The notes under the pieces: generated by a model
Seen by the model: the letters and a program-made list of their open reading frames with translations, nothing else
What the model was told of the DNA's origin: nothing
Databases searched by the model: none
Position numbers and translations under genes: made by a program
Part shown: one piece after another, positions 57,548 to 64,000 of the stretch
Layout of the letters: each line of letters begins with the position of its first letter
How positions within the stretch are numbered: position 1 is the stretch's first letter
Source of the DNA: Candidatus Omnitrophota bacterium
GTDB lineage: Bacteria; Omnitrophota; Gorgyraeia; Pluralincolimonadales; Pluralincolimonadaceae
Direction of reading: 5' to 3'
NCBI GenBank assembly: GCA_003141835.1
Contig: PLNR01000002.1
Span: 14,026-78,025, forward strand
DNA: 64,000 bases

Positions 57548-58776
57548 ATACATTACTCCAACTATTCCTGGTTTTAAGCATTATAGTCGCTGTGGCGAAA
57601 ATAGCCGGACACCTGAGCACAAAGATCGGCCAGCCGCCGGTATTCGGAAAGATCCTCGCCGGGCTTATTTTGGGGCCGAGCCTCCTGAATATGCTCGGAT
57701 GGCCGGTATTCCGATCTTCCCAGGCAGAAACAGCCCTTTTATTACCTGAATTGGTCCATTATCTCGCCGAGATAGGCGTAATACTTCTTATGTTTATCGC
57801 AGGGCTCGAGACCGACATAAAAGGGATTATCAAGGTCGGTAATAACGCTTTCTGGGCCGCGGCAGGCGGCGTTATCCTCCCTATGGGCATCGGCACCTGG
57901 TTCTCGCGAAGCATGGGATTCTCGCTAAACGAATCCTTGTTCATAGGAACTATACTCACCGCGACATCGGTTTCTATAACCGCGCAGACGCTGATGGAGA
58001 TCGGGGCGCTTAAATCAAAAGAAGGCTCGACTATACTCGGCGCGGCCGTTATAGACGACGTGATGGGAATAATAGCCCTCTCCCTGGTAGTCGCCTTCTC
58101 CTTGAATCCGGCCTCGGGCCCGTCTTCTCAGTCCGGCTTCTCTTCCATAGGCCTGCTGCTTGTCCGGATAGCCGCATTTTTCGCGGTTTCGGTAATAATG
58201 GGTATCAAATTCTTTGAGCCGATCCTTAAATACGCCGAAAAACTCTCTACGACAAAGGCGGTGTTCGCGGCCGCGCTTGTAGTATGCTTCATCTACGCAT
58301 GGGCTGCCGAATACTTCGGAAAGGTCGCGGCGATAACCGGCTCTTACATGGCGGGCGTGCTTTTTACGAGGACGTCCTTTTTTAAAAAGATAGGGGAATC
58401 GGCAAAGACATTCGCTTACTCTTTTTTTGTCCCCATATTCCTCCTCGACATCGGATTAAGGGCGAATGCGCGCGAGCTCGGCGGCAATATTACGTTTACC
58501 GTAATAATAATTGCCATCGCGGTCCTGGCCAAGGTTGGAGGATGTCTGCTGGGTTCGCTGGCTACCGGCTTTAATATGAAAGAATCTGTCCGCGTAGGTA
58601 TCGGGATGATATCGCGGGGAGAGGTAGGATTGATAGTCGCTAGCTACGGGCTTACACATGCGATCATCAAAAGGGATATTTTTTCCGCAATGGTGCTCAT
58701 GGTCCTGGTCACTACCCTCATCACCCCGGTGCTCCTCCGTTTCGTATTTCCCAAGAAACATCTCATCGAAACTTAA
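57544..58776 (+). CDS. Cation:proton antiporter (CPA2/NapA-like)
   Basis: GQP.V.G, AGLE, ATSVSI, AAVIDD, K..G, RGEV. Confidence 0.9.
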   Translation: MNTLLQLFLVLSIIVAVAKIAGHLSTKIGQPPVFGKILAGLILGPSLLNMLGWPVFRSSQAETALLLPELVHYLAEIGVILLMFIAGLETDIKGIIKVGNNAFWAAAGGVILPMGIGTWFSRSMGFSLNESLFIGTILTATSVSITAQTLMEIGALKSKEGSTILGAAVIDDVMGIIALSLVVAFSLNPASGPSSQSGFSSIGLLLVRIAAFFAVSVIMGIKFFEPILKYAEKLSTTKAVFAAALVVCFIYAWAAEYFGKVAAITGSYMAGVLFTRTSFFKKIGESAKTFAYSFFVPIFLLDIGLRANARELGGNITFTVIIIAIAVLAKVGGCLLGSLATGFNMKESVRVGIGMISRGEVGLIVASYGLTHAIIKRDIFSAMVLMVLVTTLITPVLLRFVFPKKHLIET

Positions 58777-58781
58777 AATAA

Positions 58782-59351
58782 TTATTTTTTGCTTCCCGGC
58801 TTGATGATGGGCTTTCCGGCCTTGCAGAGCGGGCAGTCTTCCGGCTGGAATGTCTCGATCTCCAATTGGGCGAGGGATTCGAAGGGTACGCTGAATTTTG
58901 CCTTGCCGCCTGACCTGTCTATTATCGCGCCGACCCCTATTATTTCCGCGCCGAGACTTTTCGCGAGGTCGACGACTTCCTGCGCAGAGCCGCCGGTAGT
59001 GGTGACATCTTCTATGACCAGGACTTTTTCTCCGGGCTCAAGTTTGAACCCGCGCCTCAATATCATCTTCCCGTCTTCCCTTTCGGAAAATATGCCCCTG
59101 GCGCCGAGGGCGCGCGCGACTTCGTAGGCCGCGGTGATCCCGCCGACCGCGGGCCCGATCACGACATCTATCTTTTCGCCCTTGAACTTGCCGCCAAGTT
59201 CTTTGCATAATATTGCGGCAATCTTTGGGTCGGCCAGGACGAGCGCGCACTGCAGGTAATATTCGCTGTGGAGCCCGCTGGATAGCTTGAAATGGCCTTT
59301 GTGGAACGCGCCCTGTTCCTCGAATATCTTCATTACCGATCCCTGGTTCAA
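58782..59351 (-). CDS. pyrE: Orotate phosphoribosyltransferase
   Basis: GHF.LSSG.HS..Y, VIEDVTTTGGS. Confidence 0.95.
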   Translation of the reverse strand: MNQGSVMKIFEEQGAFHKGHFKLSSGLHSEYYLQCALVLADPKIAAILCKELGGKFKGEKIDVVIGPAVGGITAAYEVARALGARGIFSEREDGKMILRRGFKLEPGEKVLVIEDVTTTGGSAQEVVDLAKSLGAEIIGVGAIIDRSGGKAKFSVPFESLAQLEIETFQPEDCPLCKAGKPIIKPGSKK

Positions 59352-60058
59352 GCTTCCATCTCCTTTATTATCTTTTTCGCCGCCGCGAGCGGGTCTTTTG
59401 TCTCGGTTATAGGGCGGCCGACTACGATATAATCGGCCCCGGTCCTGACGGCATCTGCCGGGGTCATCACCCTCTTCTGGTCGCCCTTTTCCGCGCCTGC
59501 CGGGCGTATCCCCGGCGTCACGATGATGAAATCTTTTCCGAGATTTTTCCTTATAAGGCCGGTTTCGTTAGGCGAAACTACGACCCCGTCAAGTCCGGAC
59601 TCTTTTCCGAGACGCGCAAGCGTGACGACTTCTTCCTCTATCTTCTTTTCTATACCGACTTCTCCTATCGAAGATTGGTCCATGCTCGTAAGCACCGTAA
59701 CGCCCAGGAGTTTCGGTTTCTTATCCGATTCCCGCGCCGCCTCGACCGCTCTCATCATCATCTCCGAGCCGCCGAGCGCGTGCACATTCATCATGAATAC
59801 GCCCAGTTTCGCGGCCGACCTTACTGCGTGCGCGACCGTATTCGGGATGTCGTGGAATTTAAGGTCGAGGAATACCTTCGCGCCGTTGTCGTGGACGAGC
59901 TTTACCGCGTCAGGGCCGCACAGGGTGAAGAGGCCTATCCCGACCTTGAATATCCGCACCTCCGGGCTTAATTTCCTGACCATTTCTTTGGCGTCTGAAA
60001 ATGTTTTTATATCCAACGCCACTATAAGTCTTTCGGCCGCTTTTATGTCCTGAGGCAT
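59348..60058 (-). CDS. pyrF: Orotidine-5'-phosphate decarboxylase
   Basis: IVALD, FLDLKFHDIPNT, TPGIR, VVGRPI. Confidence 0.96.
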   Translation of the reverse strand: MPQDIKAAERLIVALDIKTFSDAKEMVRKLSPEVRIFKVGIGLFTLCGPDAVKLVHDNGAKVFLDLKFHDIPNTVAHAVRSAAKLGVFMMNVHALGGSEMMMRAVEAARESDKKPKLLGVTVLTSMDQSSIGEVGIEKKIEEEVVTLARLGKESGLDGVVVSPNETGLIRKNLGKDFIIVTPGIRPAGAEKGDQKRVMTPADAVRTGADYIVVGRPITETKDPLAAAKKIIKEMEA

Positions 60059-60957
60059 CCGGTGAGTTCCTTTATATTTTTTATCTTCTCCTGCAGCATA
60101 TATTTTTCTATTCCGGCGATAATATCCGCCGCGGCTTTCGGATTTACGAAATTTGCGGTCCCGATCTCGACGGCAGATGCGCCGGCTATAATAAATTCCA
60201 GGGCATCCTCATAGCCCATAATGCCGCCCATGCCGATAACCGGTATCTTGATTTTCTTAGCAGTCTCCCATACCATGCGCAGGGCGATCGGCTTGATCGC
60301 CGGTCCGCTCAGGCCTCCGACGATATTGCCCAGGACCGGCCGCTTCGCGCATATATCTATCGCCATCCCGGTAAAGGTATTGACGAGCGAGACCGCATCC
60401 GAGCCGGCGTCTTCCGCAGCCATGGCTATTTCGGTTATATCTTTTACGTTGGGGGATAATTTCGTTATTAACGGCTTCTTAGAGGCCGCCCTGACCTTCG
60501 CGACCACTGCGGCCGCAGACCCCGGCTCCCTGGCGAACTCAAGCCCGCCTTTTACGTTGGGGCAGGATATATTTATCTCTATCGCATCGACCTTTTTTAT
60601 CCTATCGAGCTTTCCGGCGATCTCCGCATAATCATTAACGCTGTGCGCGGCTATCGAAACAATGACTGCCGTCTTGACTTTGCTTAAGAACGGCATTTTA
60701 TCTTTTATAAAGGCGTCTACTCCGTCATTCTGCAGCCCGATGGAGTTGAGCATGCCTGACGGGGTCTCGACGACGCGCGGAGGCGGATTTCCCTCACTTG
60801 GCCTCAGGGTTACCGACTTGGTCACGATGGCCCCGAGGCTGCCAAGGTCTGTGAGATCCTTGTATTCCTCGCCTGAGCCGAACGTCCCGGAGGCAGCGAT
60901 CACGGGATTCCTCAGTTCGAGCCCGCCTATCTTCACTTTAAGGTTTGGTTTTACCAT
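60043..60957 (-). CDS. pyrD: Dihydroorotate dehydrogenase B, catalytic subunit
   Basis: ASGTFG, NSIGLQN, NISCPN, KLSPN, GGLSG. Confidence 0.95.
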   Translation of the reverse strand: MVKPNLKVKIGGLELRNPVIAASGTFGSGEEYKDLTDLGSLGAIVTKSVTLRPSEGNPPPRVVETPSGMLNSIGLQNDGVDAFIKDKMPFLSKVKTAVIVSIAAHSVNDYAEIAGKLDRIKKVDAIEINISCPNVKGGLEFAREPGSAAAVVAKVRAASKKPLITKLSPNVKDITEIAMAAEDAGSDAVSLVNTFTGMAIDICAKRPVLGNIVGGLSGPAIKPIALRMVWETAKKIKIPVIGMGGIMGYEDALEFIIAGASAVEIGTANFVNPKAAADIIAGIEKYMLQEKIKNIKELTGCLRT

Positions 60958-61724
60958 ATTATCTCTTTTGCGTTGAATACGGGTCCGTCCTTGCAGACGA
61001 GCTTGTATCCCGACCTCGTCTTTATCGCGCATCCCAGGCACGCGCCGACCCCGCAGGCAATATTCTCCTCTAAAGAGACATGACATTCAAGCCCGCGTTT
61101 CTTCGAGATATGCGCGGCCGCCTTTAACATCGGCCCTGGCCCGCAGGCGAATATGACCGGACGCAACCGCTGTTTTGCCTCTAAAAAATCATTTAGAACA
61201 TCGGTTGCGAAGCACTTCTTCCCGCAGGTGCCGTCGTCGGTGGCGACGAGTGTCCTGATGCCGATATTTTTGAAGTGGCCTTCGCAGAGGAGGGCCTTTT
61301 CGCTCCTTGCGCCTATTATAGCGCAGACTTCCGCTTTCTTTATTCTTACCAGGGATTCGGCCAGGGATGCGAGCGGCGCCACGCCCATGCCGCCGGCTAA
61401 TATTACAAAATCCTTCTTCCCTCTGGGGATCGCGAACCCGTTGCCGAGCGGACCGAGGACGTCAATCTCATCACCGGGCTTCAACCCCGACAGGAAGGCC
61501 GTGCCTTTGCCTATCCTTTCGTATAAGATCTCGAACCCGGAAGCGCTTATCCTGTGGAAACCGAATGGTCTTCTAAGCAAAGGCGTCGTACCATTACCAC
61601 ACCTGATCGTCAGGAACTGCCCGGGTTTCGCTTTTTTCGCGACGGCCGGGCACTTCACCGCCATAAGGTAATAGCCGGGCTTGACACTCCTGTTGGATAT
61701 TACCTTTCCCGCGCTCTGTATCAT
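60951..61724 (-). CDS. pyrK: Dihydroorotate dehydrogenase electron transfer subunit
   Basis: PGQF, LRRP, GPLGNGF, CGVGACLGC, VCKDGPVF. Confidence 0.95.
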   Translation of the reverse strand: MIQSAGKVISNRSVKPGYYLMAVKCPAVAKKAKPGQFLTIRCGNGTTPLLRRPFGFHRISASGFEILYERIGKGTAFLSGLKPGDEIDVLGPLGNGFAIPRGKKDFVILAGGMGVAPLASLAESLVRIKKAEVCAIIGARSEKALLCEGHFKNIGIRTLVATDDGTCGKKCFATDVLNDFLEAKQRLRPVIFACGPGPMLKAAAHISKKRGLECHVSLEENIACGVGACLGCAIKTRSGYKLVCKDGPVFNAKEIIW

Positions 61725-64000
61725 ATGGCGGCGTGCCATTCCTTTAATGGCCTGACCCCGATAGAATGTTTTTTTATCGCCTCTATCCCCTTGGTCGCGG
61801 CGTCCGCGCCCGGTATAGTCGTGACGCACGGGACGCCCAGCGAGACGGCCAGCGACCTTATCTTTATCTCGTCCTCCCTCGGCTTCTTGCCGGAAGGGGT
61901 GTTTATGATAAATTTAATCTTTCCTTCCCTCATGTGGTCGAGTATATTCGGCGTCCCTTCGCTTATCCTGTGGATGCCGGTAGCCGCGATCCCTGCTTCT
62001 TTGAGTATCATAGCGGTGCCTGCCGTGGCAATTATCTCGAACCCCAATTCCGTGAGTTTTTTCGCTATCGGGACTATTTTCGCCTTATGCGCGTCCTGGA
62101 CGCTCACGAAGACCGTGCCTTCGGTCGGGAGGGCGCTGTTTGCCGCCATCTGCGACTTCGCGAACGCGCGTCCGAAATCGACGTCTATACCCATCACCTC
62201 GCCGGTCGACCTCATCTCAGGCCCGAGGATTATGTCTATTCCCGGGAATTTTACGAACGGGAATACGGATTCCTTAACCGATATCTGCGGAGGAGTTATC
62301 TCTTTCGTGAAACCGAGGTCTTTTAATTTCTTCCCGGCCATGACTTTTGCCGCGAGCTTCGCGAGCGGCACCCCGATCGCCTTGCTGACGAACGGTATCG
62401 TCCTCGAGGCGCGCGGGTTTACCTCCAATATATAAACGACCCCTTTCTGGACGGCAAATTGCACGTTCATAAGGCCGATAACGTTCAGGTCCTTCGCCAT
62501 GGCGAACGTCGTCTGCCTGATCTCATCTATGACCTTCTTGTCCAACGTATGCGGGGGAAGGACCATCGCGGCGTCACCGGAATGGACCCCTGCCTCCTCT
62601 ATATGCTCCATTATCCCGCCTATCACGAACGTCTCGCCGTCGCCTATCATATCGACGTCGACCTCGATCGCGTCCTCGAGAAACTTATCTATCAACACGG
62701 GGAATTCCGGGGAGGCCTTGACCGCATGCGTCATATAATATTCGAGGGATTCGTCGTCATAGACTATCTCCATCGCGCGCCCGCCCAGCACATAAGAAGG
62801 CCTGACCATGATCGGGTAGCCTATCCGCTTCGATACTGCCACCGCACCTTTTACATCTATGGCAGTACCATTTATGGGCTGCCTCAACCCCAATCTCTCA
62901 ACAAGGAGTTTGAACTTCTCCCTGTCCTCGGCTATATCTATCGCCTCAGGGGTCGTCCCGATTATTTTAAGCCCGGCTTTCTTTAGCGCTACGGCAAGAT
63001 TTAAAGGCGTCTGGCCTCCGAACTGGACTATCGTGCCGTCAGGTTTCTCTTTATCGGCTATATTAAGGACGTCCTCTATGGTAAGCGGCTCGAAATATAA
63101 CTTGTCCGAGGTGTCGTAATCCGTAGAAACTGTCTCGGGGTTGGAATTCACCATTATCGTCTCGTAGCCGATCTCTTTGAGCGCGAAAGCTGCGTGGACA
63201 CAGCAATAATCGAATTCTATGCCCTGGCCTATCCTGTTCGGGCCGCCGCCGAGTATCATTATCTTCTTCCTGCCCGAGGACCTGGTCTCGTCCTCCTCTT
63301 CGTATGTCGAGTAGAAATAAGGCGTATACGCCTCGAATTCCGCGGCGCAGGTGTCGACCAGCTTATAGACTGCGCTTGTCCCGTCTTTTATCCTCGACTT
63401 CCTTACTCCCATCTCGTCGGACTTGCGCAGAAATGAGATCTGTTTATCCGAGAACCCGTACTGTTTGGCTTTCAGGAGGAGCCCGGCCGTCATCTCGGAG
63501 CTCCTTATCTCGTCCTCGACCGCGATTATCTCCTTTATGTTCTGGAGGAACCACGGGTCTATCTTCGTCAACTCATATATCTTCTCTATCGTAAATCCTT
63601 CTTTCAGGGCATACCTGATATAAAAGAGCCTGTCCTGGTTCGGCGTCCTTAATTTCTCGGTTATCTCCTCTTTGAAATCGGGGCTCTTCGACCTTGCCTC
63701 GTATTCATCCTTCGGGTCAGAGCCGAGGCCGAACCTCCCTATCTCAAGCGACCTTATCCCTTTCTGCAGCGCCTCTTTGAATGTCCTGCCTATCGCCATC
63801 GTCTCGCCGACCGATTTCATCTGTATGGTCAGCCTCTGGTCGGCCTTCGGGAATTTCTCGAAAGCCCACCTCGGTATCTTCACTACGCAATAATCTATCG
63901 TCGGCTCGAATGAGGCCGGGGTCTCTTTGGTTATGTCGTTGGGTATCTCATCGAGCGAGTAGCCGACCGCGAGTTTTGCCGCGATCTTGGCTATCGGGAA
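61721..64000 (-). CDS. carB: Carbamoyl-phosphate synthase large subunit (5' part outside the window)
   Basis: FPIAKIAAKLAVGY at the window edge, GPNRIGQGIEFDY, RPSYVLGG, EVNPRASR, MGS domain. Confidence 0.97.
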   Translation of the reverse strand, partial: FPIAKIAAKLAVGYSLDEIPNDITKETPASFEPTIDYCVVKIPRWAFEKFPKADQRLTIQMKSVGETMAIGRTFKEALQKGIRSLEIGRFGLGSDPKDEYEARSKSPDFKEEITEKLRTPNQDRLFYIRYALKEGFTIEKIYELTKIDPWFLQNIKEIIAVEDEIRSSEMTAGLLLKAKQYGFSDKQISFLRKSDEMGVRKSRIKDGTSAVYKLVDTCAAEFEAYTPYFYSTYEEEDETRSSGRKKIMILGGGPNRIGQGIEFDYCCVHAAFALKEIGYETIMVNSNPETVSTDYDTSDKLYFEPLTIEDVLNIADKEKPDGTIVQFGGQTPLNLAVALKKAGLKIIGTTPEAIDIAEDREKFKLLVERLGLRQPINGTAIDVKGAVAVSKRIGYPIMVRPSYVLGGRAMEIVYDDESLEYYMTHAVKASPEFPVLIDKFLEDAIEVDVDMIGDGETFVIGGIMEHIEEAGVHSGDAAMVLPPHTLDKKVIDEIRQTTFAMAKDLNVIGLMNVQFAVQKGVVYILEVNPRASRTIPFVSKAIGVPLAKLAAKVMAGKKLKDLGFTKEITPPQISVKESVFPFVKFPGIDIILGPEMRSTGEVMGIDVDFGRAFAKSQMAANSALPTEGTVFVSVQDAHKAKIVPIAKKLTELGFEIIATAGTAMILKEAGIAATGIHRISEGTPNILDHMREGKIKFIINTPSGKKPREDEIKIRSLAVSLGVPCVTTIPGADAATKGIEAIKKHSIGVRPLKEWHAAI

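Overview
Bacterial chromosomal window of moderately high GC. A Minf_1886-like gene and the general gene content suggest a PVC-superphylum organism, possibly Omnitrophota (inference only). The housekeeping blocks are an 11-subunit complex I (nuoABCDHIJKLMN, no nuoEFG in the operon), a full F1Fo ATP synthase operon with an appended CPA2 antiporter, carB-pyrK-pyrD-pyrF-pyrE, era, mazG, surE and a cold-shock protein gene. Four regions stand out. (1) A MarR-headed ~13 kb operon (38914->25739, minus) combines an acyl-CoA ligase, a short Lgt-like transferase, an ICMT-family methyltransferase and a Tes/GDGT-MAS-like radical SAM enzyme with four small hydrophobic ORFs sharing a lipobox-like G[AGS]C motif near the C-terminus; two of these are absent from the ORF track. 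It is the best candidate for an undescribed protein-lipidation or lipid-crosslinking system. (2) An AT-rich islet (~4150-7340) beside tRNA-Asp encodes three divergent wHTH-like paralogs, a wHTH-PLD-like protein and a Zn-ribbon/HEPN-like DUF4145 protein. (3) An HTH-LAGLIDADG-like gene sits between the tRNA promoter and tRNA-Val and terminates inside the tRNA. (4) A c-di-GMP-I riboswitch with a 45-nt two-hairpin insertion lies upstream of a lipid-hydrolysis operon that includes an alpha/beta-hydrolase-Omp85 fusion. All family assignments come from reading motifs by eye; no database searches were run.
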